63,769 nt of DNA, filler included, from Octopus bimaculoides (GCF_001194135.2; 10 parts of 9 records of this genome joined end to end with filler, not necessarily neighbours in it); one strand, 5' to 3'; counted from the whole stretch's first letter, positions 1-12,960 are shown. Made by a program: numbers and translations. The notes: generated by a model not told the origin, from the sequence alone.

Positions 1-575
1 GCACACTAAGATAGATAATATGCAACAAGCACTCCATAGTAAGGGTAAGATGCATGACTCACTAGTTAGAGCATTTGGCTCACAATCATGAGGTAGTGAT
101 TCCTGGACCAAGCTGTGTGTTTTGTTCTTGAGCAAGGACACTTTATTTTCATGTTGCTACCATTCATTTGACTTACCCCATCCCCCGTAACTGCTGGCCT
201 TATTATTACAATTAAGGTGGTGAGTTGGCAGAATTATTGATGCACTGGACAAAATGCTTAGTGGCAGTNNNNNNNNNNAGTTGGCAGAATTATTGATGCA
301 CTGGACAAAATGCTTAGTGGCAGTTCGCCTGTCTTCACATTCTGTTTTCAAATTCAGCTGAGTTTGACTTTGCCTTTCATCCATTTAGAGTCAATGAAAG
401 AAGTACCAGTTGCATACTGGGATCAATGTATTCATCAAGCCTCTACCCACAAATTTCAGGCATTGTGTCTATAGCAGAAAGAATTATTACATTATTGCAG
501 TTGGGTTTTCATTATTTGTTTAAAATTCCTAAACAGTGTTTGTTACTTTTTGTTTTTTTCTGTTCAATTTATCAG

Positions 576-672
576 ACGTCTTGAAGTGAACATCACATTT
601 GCGGAAAAAAATTTGAATTATAAGTTGGAAATTCATAAGTTGCCAGGAGCAATTATCAATTGTGCTAAACAG
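576..672 (+). CDS. Internal coding exon (RLEVNITFAEKNLNYKLEIHKLPGAIINCAKQ) of a gene with a possible CS/p23-like (HSP20-like fold) C-terminal domain
   Basis: Polypyrimidine tract + AG at 574-575, GTCAGT donor at 673, open frame, ends in phase 0 and matches the phase-0 exon at 1944. The domain call is from pattern memory only. Confidence 0.6.
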
Positions 673-1943
673 GTCAGTTTATTTTAGAGAAAACATTTTG
701 GAGCTAAATAAAATTTCTGTTGTCTTTTTTCAGAAGAGGAAATNNNNNNNNNNNNNNNNNNNNNNNNNNNNNNNNNNNNNNNNNNNNNNNNNNNNNNNNN
801 NNNNNNNNNNNNNNNNNNNNNNNNNNNNNNNNNNNNNNNNNNNNNNNNNNNNNNNNNNNNNNNNNNNNNNNNNNNNNNNNNNNNNNNNNNNNNNNNNNNN
901 NNNNNNNNNNNNNNNNNNNNNNNNNNNNNNNNNNNNNNNNNNNNNNNNNNNNNNNNNNNNNNNNNNNNNNNNNNNNNNNNNNNNNNNNNNNNNNNNNNNN
1001 NNNNNNNNNNNNNNNNNNNNNNNNNNNNNNNNNNNNNNNNNNNNNNNNNNNNNNNNNNNNNNNNNNNNNNNNNNNNNNNNNNNNNNNNNNNNNNNNNNNN
1101 NNNNNNNNNNNNNNNNNNNNNNNNNNNNNNNNNNNNNNNNNNNNNNNNNNNNNNNNNNNNNNNNNNNNNNNNNNNNNNNNNNNNNNNNNNNNNNNNNNNN
1201 NNNNNNNNNNNNNNNNNNNNNNNNNNNNNNNNNNNNNNNNNNNNNNNNNNNNNNNNNNNNNNNNNNNNNNNNNNNNNNNNNNNNNNNNNNNNNNNNNNNN
1301 NNNNNNNNNNNNNNNNNNNNNNNNNNNNNNNNNNNNNNNNNNNNNNNNNNNNNNNNNNNNNNNNNNNNNNNNNNNNNNNNNNNNNNNNNNNNNNNNNNNN
1401 NNNNNNNNNNNNNNNNNNNNNNNNNNNNNNNNNNNNNNNNNNNNNNNNNNNNNNNNNNNNNNNNNNNNNNNNNNNNNNTTATCTTTTACTTGTTTTAGTC
1501 ATTAGACTGTGGCCATGCTGGGGCACTGTCTTGATGAGTTTTAGTCAAATAAATCAACCCCAGTACTTAATCTTATTGCCAAGCCTGGTATGTATTCTAT
1601 TGGTGTCTTTCATTGAATTGCTAAGTTGCAGGGATATAAACTCAACAACACTGGTTATCAAGCGATGGTTGGGGACAAATAGAGAAAAGAAACAAATCTG
1701 TGGTTAGGCAAAAGATCCTGATAGAATAAGTACCAGGTTTGAGAGAAGAAAATAAAAATTACTGGGGTCAACTCATTTGACTATAAATCCTTTGTGGTAG
1801 TACTCCAGCATGGCTGCAATCCAATGACTGAAATGAGTAAAAGATAAAATATAATCAACTACACAGTCCCCCTCTCCACATCATTATTCTTATTCTTTCA
1901 CAGTCACTCACCTAATTGTTTCCATATGTTTATTTTCTTTCAG

Positions 1944-2039
1944 TTCGAAAAGGGCGTGATGGAACTTTTCCTCACAAAGGAAATAGAAGAATCATGGGTA
2001 GCCTCGCTTGCTAAGGGACTGGAAACAGAAATAGCCTGA
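1944..2039 (+). CDS. Terminal coding exon (FEKGVMELFLTKEIEESWVASLAKGLETEIA*) of the same gene
   Basis: TTTTCTTTCAG acceptor, 31 sense codons then TGA at 2037-2039, in frame with exon 576-672. The L-x-L-x-K...W ending resembles CS domains. Confidence 0.6.
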   Translation, partial: FEKGVMELFLTKEIEESWVASLAKGLETEIA

Positions 2040-2506
2040 GTATTTTGCAGCACTGCATCATGGAGAAGCAATACATTTTAATAAGAATAACTAACCCAAG
2101 CTTTGTAGATCTAAATACATATATATATATAACTGTCCCAAGCTTTGCATGTCTATATACGATTTTATATGCACATATACAGACAGACACATTCTCAGTT
2201 TTACATACAAACATAGATATGTATGTGTGTTTGGTGTCTTTGACTGCTGATTTTACTAAGTGTTGCTGCCGAATATTGCTGATAAATTTATGGTTTTAGC
2301 ACTTCAAATTATATTTTGTTATCCGAAGACAGTTACAAACATACAATGGTATTTCTGACAGTGTGTCAATCTTGTATATTCTTCTGTAACACTGCCCTGT
2401 CAGTGTTTATTGCTTTCTTAAAACCCAATATTCTATTATTGATATTAAATTTCTCTCTATTANNNNNNNNNNNNNNNNNNNNNNNNNNNNNNNNNNNNNN
2501 NNNNNN

Positions 2507-2518
2507 TTAATTAATTAA
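2507..2518. other. Artificial scaffold spacer TTAATTAATTAA (44N+12+44N); also at 6592, 18507, 22608, 30988, 41924, 56124, 59500 and 61766
   Basis: Identical 12-mer with stops in all six frames, always embedded in N runs; the 2463-2562 block is exactly 100 bp. Confidence 0.97.
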
Positions 2519-2562
2519 NNNNNNNNNNNNNNNNNNNNNNNNNNNNNNNNNNNNNNNNNNNN

Positions 2563-2615
<53 letters not shown>

Positions 2616-2779
2616 CCGAGCCAATGAATATGCTTCTACGCAGTCACTCGATTTGCTGGAAAGCGCTGCCAAATGTCCTTTAAATTACACTCTGCCGCTC
2701 TGAATAAGACTTTTTGATGGCTAATGTGGTCTTGGTTTGCCAGAACACTCGAGAGGATGCGTAGCTCAAAGATCAGGGA

Positions 2780-2935
2780 ATCTCTCTAGGTCGAACTGTT
2801 ATTTCTCCACGTTGGGAAGTCACGGTTCCCGGTACTACGGACATGTGGATGAAAATGGACGAGATAGTCTTGAGTGGCGAGCCTTTCAACACAGAATTGC
2901 TAGAAGGGGGCTGACTTGGAGCCAAACAATAACAG
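2780..2935 (+). mobile_element. Possible RTE-type LINE 3' coding remnant
   Basis: RYYGHVDENGRDSLEW loosely resembles RTE R.YFGH..R..DSLE. Confidence 0.25.
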
Positions 2936-3285
2936 TAACAACTACTACTGCTAGACTACTAACAGTACAAACAAGAAAGTAAAAAAGAAAAAAACACAAC
3001 ATTAGTGTATGGAAGAATAATTCTAAACGGTACCTAATTATATTCTATGACAGTGGAATTATTGTTCACCTCCACACACCCAATTATCAGGTCTTCTCAT
3101 TATTTTATTTTCTCCAGTCGCCTGGGTGTAAATATATTTAAGCACTAGTGTTATATAGTTATACCACCGTTAAGAACGGTGAACAGTTTTACCCCACCTT
3201 AACCACTCTATTCCAACGCTGTATAATTGGCTTGCTTCCAAGTAGGTCGAGGGTCATATGTGTATATACATAGAGAGAGATATAG

Positions 3286-3319
<34 letters not shown>

Positions 3320-3818
3320 NNNNNNNNNNNNNNNNNNNNNNNNNNNNNNNNNNNNNNNNNNNNNNNNNNNNNNNNNNNNNNNNNNNNNNNNNNNNNNNNN
3401 NNNNNNNNNNNNNNNNNNNAAACACGGAGAAAAAAAATTGAATAGTGTTCAGTCAACGGTATATATATAGATATAGATATATATATATATACACGAAAAT
3501 ATACGAGATTGTTACCCGACATATAACGAGTAACGTTGGAACTATACTTTTCCACCATGGGTAATTTGGCAGAAATTAAACTTCCCTTATTGTATCTATG
3601 TTATACTTCACGATATTACCCACGTCTGCAAAAGTGTATTAATATGATTGTAGCTCTAGTATATGATGTCTACACACGTGAGGTTGTCGACAATGAAAAA
3701 GTACGGCAAACTCGATTATTTCCGCTTCGTCGTACCTTCTCATGGAAAGCGTTCATTACATTCCAGGTATTGTATTCGTTTTATATATATACACATATAC
3801 ATATACATACTGAGAGAA

Positions 3819-3867
<49 letters not shown>

Positions 3868-3877
3868 NNNNNNNNNN

Positions 3878-3931
<54 letters not shown>

Positions 3932-3960
3932 GAAAGAAAGGGGGAGAAGTTTGTTTCCCA

Positions 3961-4290
3961 ACAACATGGTTCCGGGTTCTGTTCCACTGCGAGAAATCTT
4001 GGGCAAATGTCTTCTACTATAGCTTTTTGCCGACCACAGCCACGTGACTGGATTTGGAAGATAGAAACGCATGTGTGTCTGTGCGTGTGTGTCTTTGTAT
4101 CGATATTTGTCCTTCACCACCGTTTGACAACCGGTATAGGCATGTTTACTTCTCCGTTCTAGTGGGTCGGCAAAAGAGATCGATAGAACAAGTACCAGGT
4201 TTAAAAAGAATAAATACTGGAGTAAGATTCTTCAAGGTGGTGCCCCAGCATTGCCGCAGTCTGACAACTAAAGCAAGTAAAAGATACAAG
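3961..4290 (+). mobile_element. tRNA-derived SINE family C (CORE-like CCTTGGGCAAGT motif; tail GGTGCCCCAGCATGGCCGCAGT..GACTGAAACAAGTAAAAGA)
   Basis: Most abundant family in the window; further copies near 15738-15970, 16051-16197, 16848-17300, 17425-17592, 18180-18380, 25027-25160, 31060-31210, 32657-32775, 51845-51950, 61180-61400 and 61843-61988. Confidence 0.85.
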
Positions 4291-4765
4291 GTTAGAAATC
4301 CAGAAAATTCAGTTATCCGGCAACCGGATAGCTTTGGTATGGGTGTTTATGCGGTTCTCAATTTCAGCTGCCTCGCCTGACCACTGCATTAAGCACATTG
4401 GTGATGCTGACCTATAGGGATATTTTAAACGAAGGGACCTAGTAGTTGTTTGAATTCACATAAAATATGTAGGTGGTCTCGTTCTGTTATAACAAAAACA
4501 AAAAAGGGACATGCTAGAAATACTAACCAAATCTTCCTGAAATCAAATTCTACTGTTAAAAAAATGGAAAGACGTTAGAAATAGCAGCAGAAATAATTTC
4601 CAAACCACATCCTATTATTGAAATAAAGGAAGGGCATACAAGAAATAGCAGTTTATTCGCACTCCCAAATCTCATTCTTCCATTAAAGAACAAACTCGAA
4701 TCGGACTCTTTTGTTTAAAAAGAAAGGCACGCTAGGAATAGCGTTCTTTCGAATAAATTGTTGGC

Positions 4766-5068
4766 ACTTCGTCGCTTACGACGTCGAGGGTTCCAGTTGA
4801 TCCGATCAACGGAACAGCCTGCTCGTGAAATTAACGTGCAAGTGGCTGAGCACTCCACAGACACGTGTACCCTTAACGTAATTTTCGGGGATATTCAGCG
4901 TGACACAGTGTGACAAGGCTGACTCTTTGAATTACAGGCACAACAGAAACAGGAAATAAGAGTGAGAGAAAGTTGTGGTGAAAGAGTACAGCAGGGTTCA
5001 CCACCATCCCCTGCCGGAGCCTCGTGGAGCTTTAGGTGTTTTCGCGCAATAAACACTCACAACGCCCG
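4766..5068 (-). mobile_element. SINE family A (head lost in gap)
   Basis: Reverse complement of the 33586 copy. Confidence 0.9.
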
Positions 5069-6199
5069 NNNNNNNNNNNNNNNNNNNNNNNNNNNNNNNN
5101 NNNNNNNNNNNNNNNNNNNNNNNNNNNNNNNNNNNNNNNNNNNNNNNNNNNNNNNNNNNNNNNNNNNNNNNNNNNNNNNNNNNNNNNNNNNNNNNNNNNN
5201 NNNNNNNNNNNNNNNNNNNNNNNNNNNNNNNNNNNNNNNNNNNNNNNNNNNNNNNNNNNNNNNNNNNNNNNNNNNNNNNNNNNNNNNNNNNNNNNNNNNN
5301 NNNNNNNNNNNNNNNNNNNNNNNNNNNNNNNNNNNNNNNNNNNNNNNNNNNNNNNNNNNNNNNNNNNNNNNNNNNNNNNNNNNNNNNNNNNNNNNNNNNN
5401 NNNNNNNNNNNNNNNNNNNNNNNNNNNNNNNNNNNNNNNNNNNNNNNNNNNNNNNNNNNNNNNNNNNNNNNNNNNNNNNNNNNNNNNNNNNNNNNNNNNN
5501 NNNNNNNNNNNNNNNNNNNNNNNNNNNNNNNNNNNNNNNNNNNNNNNNNNNNNNNNNNNNNNNNNNNNNNNNNNNNNNNNNNNNNNNNNNNNNNNNNNNN
5601 NNNNNNNNNNNNNNNNNNNNNNNNNNNNNNNNNNNNNNNNNNNNNNNNNNNNNNNNNNNNNNNNNNNNNNNNNNNNNNNNNNNNNNNNNNNNNNNNNNNN
5701 NNNNNNNNNNNNNNNNNNNNNNNNNNNNNNNNNNNNNNNNNNNNNNNNNNNNNNNNNNNNNNNNNNNNNNNNNNNNNNNNNNNNNNNNNNNNNNNNNNNN
5801 NNNNNNNNNNNNNNNNNNNNNNNNNNNNNNNNNNNNNNNNNNNNNNNNNNNNTATATATATATATATATATATACATACACATACATGCATACACATGCA
5901 TACACATACATATACACACATATTCACGCATGCAGTCATGCACACACACACACACACACACATCTATTTATATTCCTACATTCGTACATTCGTATAACTG
6001 TGGACATTATTATATATGTGCCTCCTTCATATGAATTATTTATGTTATGTGTACATAATACATGCAAGCAAACATGTGTGTGTGTGTGTGTATGTGTGTG
6101 TGTGTGTTTACCTTTCATAAATAAACAATTAGTCTATAATGTTATGATGAATGGCGAACGAAAAAGAAAAGAAAAAAGTGCTGGATATTAAATCTCAAT

Positions 6200-6405
<206 letters not shown>

Positions 6406-6647
6406 TTTCTTTATTAGCCACACAGGGCTCAACACAGAGGGGACAAAATACAAATGTAGAGTTTTTCTTTTCGAGGGGGTCGAAAACAAAGCAGAAAAAA
6501 AAACAAAAGTGGGGACAACGATGAAAAAAAAACATCGCAAAACGTTTNNNNNNNNNNNNNNNNNNNNNNNNNNNNNNNNNNNNNNNNNNNNTTAATTAAT
6601 TAANNNNNNNNNNNNNNNNNNNNNNNNNNNNNNNNNNNNNNNNNNNN

Positions 6648-7386
6648 CTATTTAGATGGGTTGGTGAAGGGTGGTGAGGAACAATCTAAATGTAGAAGAA
6701 AAAGATAAAGCGATAAATAGATATACCTACAGAGATCTTAAAGGTCGTAAGGGATAGATATGTATGAGCTGTGTCTGTCTATATCAGTGGTGGGTCGTAA
6801 ATAAGAAGTGTCATGCCAGAATAGACTTGGAACATGAAACATGAAACATGATATTCTTGTGGTGAGTGGTCAGTGGTCAACCTAAGCGAATTACAACTTA
6901 AGTGTACTAACCTATCTACATACCCTTATCTAGATGAAGAAGGGTGAAGGAAGTGGAACGGGTAATTATAACATAGAAGACATTAAAGTGAATTCTTTAA
7001 GGTCTTCTATGTTATAATTACCCGTTCCACTTCCTTTACCCTTCTTCATCTAGATAAAGGTCTTCTATGTTATAATTACCCGTTCCACTTCCTTCACCCT
7101 TCTTCATCTAGATAAGGGTATGTAGATAGGTTAGTACACTTAAGTTGTAATTCGCTTAGGTTGACCACTGACCACTCACCACAAGAATATCATGTTTCAT
7201 GTTTCATGTTCCAAGTCTATTCTGGCATGACACTTCTTATTTACGACCCACCACTGATATAGACAGACACAGCTCATACATATCTATCCCTTACGACCTT
7301 TACGATCTCTGTATCTATTCTATTTATCACTTTATCTTCTACATTCAGATTGTTCCTCACCACCCTTCACCAACCCATCTAAATAG
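6648..7386. repeat. Long near-perfect inverted repeat (palindrome), arms ~340 bp, centre ~6991, with a 58-bp tandem duplication in the right arm
   Basis: 6648-6985 is the reverse complement of 7057-7386; unit 6999-7056 is repeated at 7057-7114; the left arm is cut by a gap. Confidence 0.95.
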
Positions 7387-8636
7387 CTTAGATGTAGCTT
7401 ACTTGACTATCCAGACTTTCTCTTATTACTTCCTAGATTACCCGCCCCACCGATTTGNNNNNNNNNNNNNNNNNNNNNNNNNNNNNNNNNNNNNNNNNNN
7501 NNNNNNNNNNNNNNNNNNNNNNNNNNNNNNNNNNNNNNNNNNNNNNNNNNNNNNNNNNNNNNNNNNNNNNNNNNNNNNNNNNNNNNNNNNNNNNNNNNNN
7601 NNNNNNNNNNNNNNNNNNNNNNNNNNNNNNNNNNNNNNNNNNNNNNNNNNNNNNNNNNNNNNNNNNNNNNNNNNNNNNNNNNNNNNNNNNNNNNNNNNNN
7701 NNNNNNNNNNNNNNNNNNNNNNNNNNNNNNNNNNNNNNNNNNNNNNNNNNNNNNNNNNNNNNNNNNNNNNNNNNNNNNNNNNNNNNNNNNNNNNNNNNNN
7801 NNNNNNNNNNNNNNNNNNNNNNNNNNNNNNNNNNNNNNNNNNNNNNNNNNNNNNNNNNNNNNNNNNNNNNNNNNNNNNNNNNNNNNNNNNNNNNNNNNNN
7901 NNNNNNNNNNNNNNNNNNNNNNNNNNNNNNNNNNNNNNNNNNNNNNNNNNNNNNNNNNNNNNNNNNNNNNNNNNNNNNNNNNNNNNNNNNNNNNNNNNNN
8001 NNNNNNNNNNNNNNNNNNNNNNNNNNNNNNNNNNNNNNNNNNNNNNNNNNNNNNNNNNNNNNNNNNNNNNNNNNNNNNNNNNNNNNNNNNNNNNNNNNNN
8101 NNNNNNNNNNNGTAAATAAAGGAAAACTTGTGATGGTTTTTGTTGGCAGCAATATTCTATAGAAGAGTTCTTCGATGTTTTAGTCGATATGAGAAGAGGA
8201 GGAATTAACGTTTCGTGTAGTTACTCTTCGTTTCCGAGAGAGGGAGAGACAGAGAACAGAGAGTCTGAGGGGGAGAAAAGGAGATAGGAAGAAAGTTTGA
8301 GGGAGGAGAGAGAGAGAAAAAGGGAGAGAGTAGGGGAAGAGAGAAGTGTTGTTGCTTTGTTGTGCGGAAAATAAACAAAGAAATTTAAGAATTGGCGGAG
8401 TAATGTGTAGAATCAAGGGAAGGTGGGGGGATGGTAAGTGAAATGTGGGATGAGGCGAAGGAAGGCGGATGAAGCTAAAGATTGGGGAGGGGAGGCAGAA
8501 AGAGTCAATGGCACATGTAAAGCAACAGGAAAGGATGAAGTTGAAACTAGAAGGTCAGTAATTTGAAGGCGCCAAGTATAAAAACAGTCAGAATATTCTG
8601 AAATTAGACTGGCCGAATCATTTAGCCAGTAGTAAT

Positions 8637-8682
<46 letters not shown>

Positions 8683-8707
8683 GCAGACGCAAGTTTCTGA
8701 TACGTAA

Positions 8708-8757
<50 letters not shown>

Positions 8758-8998
8758 GCAGACGCAAGTTTCTGATATGTAAATATCTTTATACATATCC
8801 ACATACATATACATGCATACATATATACAGATATACATAGATACATAGATGCATAGATACACACACACACACAATTATATTCTTAATTGAAAGAACAGAA
8901 AGGAAGAGGACATGAGTGTTAAGTTTGAGGAGTGGGGATGAAGCATGATAGGAAGCCGTAACATATATTCATACCCTTACTAAGGAGGGGTTCTAGAC

Positions 8999-9196
8999 CA
9001 GGGGTTTTCAAACTGTGATCCGCGGACCACAGGGGGTCCGCAAGGATAAGACAGCAAATACTTTTTATGGGCAATTTGATTTTGTATATGTTTTTTAATC
9101 GAAATCTTTTAATTGACAATAAACCTATTTGTTAAATACTGTTAAATAAATAAATGTAAAAATGTATGCTATTTTAAGCAAATATTTATGTATAAA
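8999..9196 (+). mobile_element. hAT (Charlie-like) non-autonomous element, left end
   Basis: Starts CAGGGGTTTTCAAACT immediately after an NTCTAGAN-type 8-mer (TTCTAGAC); cut by a gap. Confidence 0.65.
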
Positions 9197-10126
9197 NNNN
9201 NNNNNNNNNNNNNNNNNNNNNNNNNNNNNNNNNNNNNNNNNNNNNNNNNNNNNNNNNNNNNNNNNNNNNNNNNNNNNNNNNNNNNNNNNNNNNNNNNNNN
9301 NNNNNNNNNNNNNNNNNNNNNNNNNNNNNNNNNNNNNNNNNNNNNNNNNNNNNNNNNNNNNNNNNNNNNNNNNNNNNNNNNNNNNNNNNNNNNNNNNNNN
9401 NNNNNNNNNNNNNNNNNNNNNNNNNNNNNNNNNNNNNNNNNNNNNNNNNNNNNNNNNNNNNNNNNNNNNNNNNNNNNNNNNNNNNNNNNNNNNNNNNNNN
9501 NNNNNNNNNNNNNNNNNNNNNNNNNNNNNNNNNNNNNNNNNNNNNNNNNNNNNNNNNNNNNNNNNNNNNNNNNNNNNNNNNNNNNNNNNNNNNNNNNNNN
9601 NNNNNNNNNNNNNNNNNNNNNNNNNNNNNNNNNNNNNNNNNNNNNNNNNNNNNNNNNNNNNNNNNNNNNNNNNNNNNNNNNNNNNNNNNNNNNNNNNNNN
9701 NNNNNNNNNNNNNNNNNNNNNNNNNNNNNNNNNNNNNNNNNNNNNNNNNNNNNNNNNNNNNNNNNNNNNNNNNNNNNNNNNNNNNNNNNNNNNNNNNNNN
9801 NNNNNNNNNNNNNNNNNNNNNNNNNNNNNNNNNNNNNNNNNNNNNNNNNNNNNNNNNNNNNNNNNNNNNNNNNNNNNNNNNNNNNNNNNNNNNNNNNNNN
9901 NNNNNNNNNNNNNNNNNNNNNNNNNNNNNNNNNNNNNNNNNNNNNNNNNNNNNNNNNNNNNNNNNNNNNNNNNNNNNNNNNNNNNNNNNNNNNNNNNNNN
10001 NNNNNNNNNNNNNNNNNNNNNNNNNNNNNNNNNNNNNNNNNNNNNNNNNNNNNNNNNNNNNNNNNNNNNNNNNNNNNNNNNNNNNNNNNNNNNNNNNNNN
10101 NNNNNNNNNNNNNNNNNNNNNNNNNN

Positions 10127-10206
<80 letters not shown>

Positions 10207-12294
10207 GTCCCTCTTTCTATTTGCGTGAGCATGTAGTAATGTTTGTACGTACTTGTAATGCCTCTTTCTCACCTTATCTGTACATGTATATGTCTGTCTG
10301 TGCGTGCGTGTGTGTATGCGAGCTAGTGTGTCTATGCCCGTGCGCATGTGCGAATGTTTGCCTTTAGTGTCAGATAGTACAGTCGCTAAAACAGGTTCAA
10401 TGTCCAGTAGCCTTGCCAAATCGTCAGCGTCTAAGCAGCCGCGCCCAATCGTCTCATTCCGCCACAAAAATTATAACATAATTGCGAATAATTTCATGTC
10501 AATCAGTTAACGAGTCCTTTTTTGGGGGGGATTCGGTTTGGGTGATTTGTGTCTGTAACAGTAGCACCATTCTAATTACAGGAAGAATACTCAAGTGTGG
10601 ATTTCAACTGAGTTTTGTTTAGGGTTAATAATTACAGTTTTGCAAGCCTTGTAGTGCTGAGTAAACTCTCAGCCAGTTTTTGAGGGTGGATGGTTCCCTT
10701 CAGCTGTTGAAAGCAATATTCTTTTATACGGAAAAGTGGATGTACAGGCATTTAGTAACAGAATATCGTAAGCGCCACCCCGGCCATTTTCAAGATTAGT
10801 ATATCATTTTCTTTGTCTCGACGTCTCGAATCCGAAAGAGTTGGGATAAAGAACCGGTGAGGCTTGCAATAAGGTCGAAAATCCGGCTGGAAAAAATTGT
10901 ACCTCGGCGCTGTTGACACGACGCTCGCTCACCCAAACTCGGACCAGAGAGTTTAGAAACACACCATCGTAAGCACACACGCTCAATCAATAACTTTGGT
11001 GTGGTCCCTGTATCGCTTTTCGGGGTGTTATGGCTCATTTTCTAATATTACTCATTACATCGTAACGATAATGGGCTATTATCTTACTATCTTGTCCTAC
11101 CTCTTAAAGATACTTGGTATACTAAAACGCAAATGATACCCCTGGGAGGTTTCTGTATGTTTTTTTCTAGGTATTAATGGCTAAAATATGCAATGCAATA
11201 CACCGTTTCGTAGTACCGGTATATTGTACAAAATGAGAAAGACACAGTCATTGTTTCATCTTTCAGATGCATGCATAAATAGATAATTTTACATAGGTGG
11301 AATGATTAGAAGAGGTCTTCACAGTTATTTTAAGATCAAAACCAGCTTCCTAACTTCTTTCCTTTCCGAGATATCGCATTCTCAAAGTCGCGAAACTTTG
11401 CGTTTTTCTCGGTTTTTAAGTTGTGACGCTTACGATGGTCTGTTACTAAGCGCATCGGGAGTAGACCTATAATCAACGGGAGCCCAACTTATTTTTTTCA
11501 GACATTGTATATCGAGGACTACGTTTTATATTGAATATGTCCTCGTTTTAAAATGGCAGAGTAACACACGAGGGAAGTTTGGCTGTTATTTCTAGAGGAA
11601 CCAAGTGACCGCAATAGAGAGCCACCACCTCGCTGTTTCGTCGAGGTTGTGAGACGGAAATGTGGATGCACATATGAGGGGAAAAAAAGAAAGAAAAAGA
11701 AAAGCTGGGTTAAGGGATGAAACTAAAAGGAGGTCAAGGCCTTTAAGAGGAGTTGAGATACCACTGTAGATAACGATTTTACACAGTGGATAAGGTAGTT
11801 AGAAAAGCCGGGTGTTATAATTTGCAGCTAATTAATTCCACACAGGAAGTCACGTCACAGTTCTATGCACACAGGGCCCGAGGGGTGGAGATGTTATGTA
11901 TATTTGGGATGTGTTGCCATAGATGTGTATATATATATTGCTGCATACTCTAGAAACACACGTACGTACGTACACACACAAACACACTCATCGAGCACGC
12001 GTATGTATGTTTGTGCGTGTGTGTGTGTGTTTGTGTATGTGTGTGTACATTAACACATACACATATGGTGTAACACTGATTCGAATACATCAGAACACGC
12101 ACGCACAGTTTCTCATATATCTTCAGTAAAACACACACACACACATCATCATCTGAAGCACACACATTATGAGTGATAAATAAATAAATACACACACACA
12201 CACGCACACACGCATTCATACACAACACATTTCTGCAGGACACGTTTCTCCTTAGTAACACACATCTGCAGCTCTCTATCACTATATGTCTGTC

Positions 12295-12356
<62 letters not shown>

Positions 12357-12613
12357 ACACACACACAGAGCAAACATGAAGGCACACCCTAACCTATCCA
12401 CACACCAGACATACAGGAAAACACAAACACACCTAGAAATGAAAATATCGCTAGTGAAGCTAGCTAACGGAGATGCATGCATATAGACGGACACACGTTT
12501 ATAGTAACACACACACACAAACGCACACACACACACATCTATAATAACACTCACACAGATAGGGAAATATCTAGAGTAACACACACACACACACACACAT
12601 ACATACACATACT

Positions 12614-12775
12614 GGCACTCCGTCGCTCTCGACGACGAGGGTTCCAGTTTATACGATCAACGGAACAGCCTGCTCGTGAAATTAACGTGCAAGTGGCTGA
12701 GCACTCCACAGACACGCGTAACCCAGGGAGATTCAGCGTGATACAGAGTGTGACAAGACCGACCCTTTGAATGAC
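12614..12775 (-). mobile_element. SINE family A tail fragment
   Basis: Homologous tail GGCACTCCGTCG..AACGGAACAGCCTGCTCGTG. Confidence 0.85.
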
Positions 12776-12960
12776 AAGTACTACTCGCTTTTGCCAGATG
12801 AGTGAACTGGAATAACGTGTCTTGCTCAAGGATATAACGCGTCGCCAGGAATCGAACTCACAACCCTACGATCGCGAGCCGAAAACCATATACTCCAAGT
12901 CACGCGCTTTCACACACATACGCATAAAGAAACACAAATATACATACCAATTGTAACATC

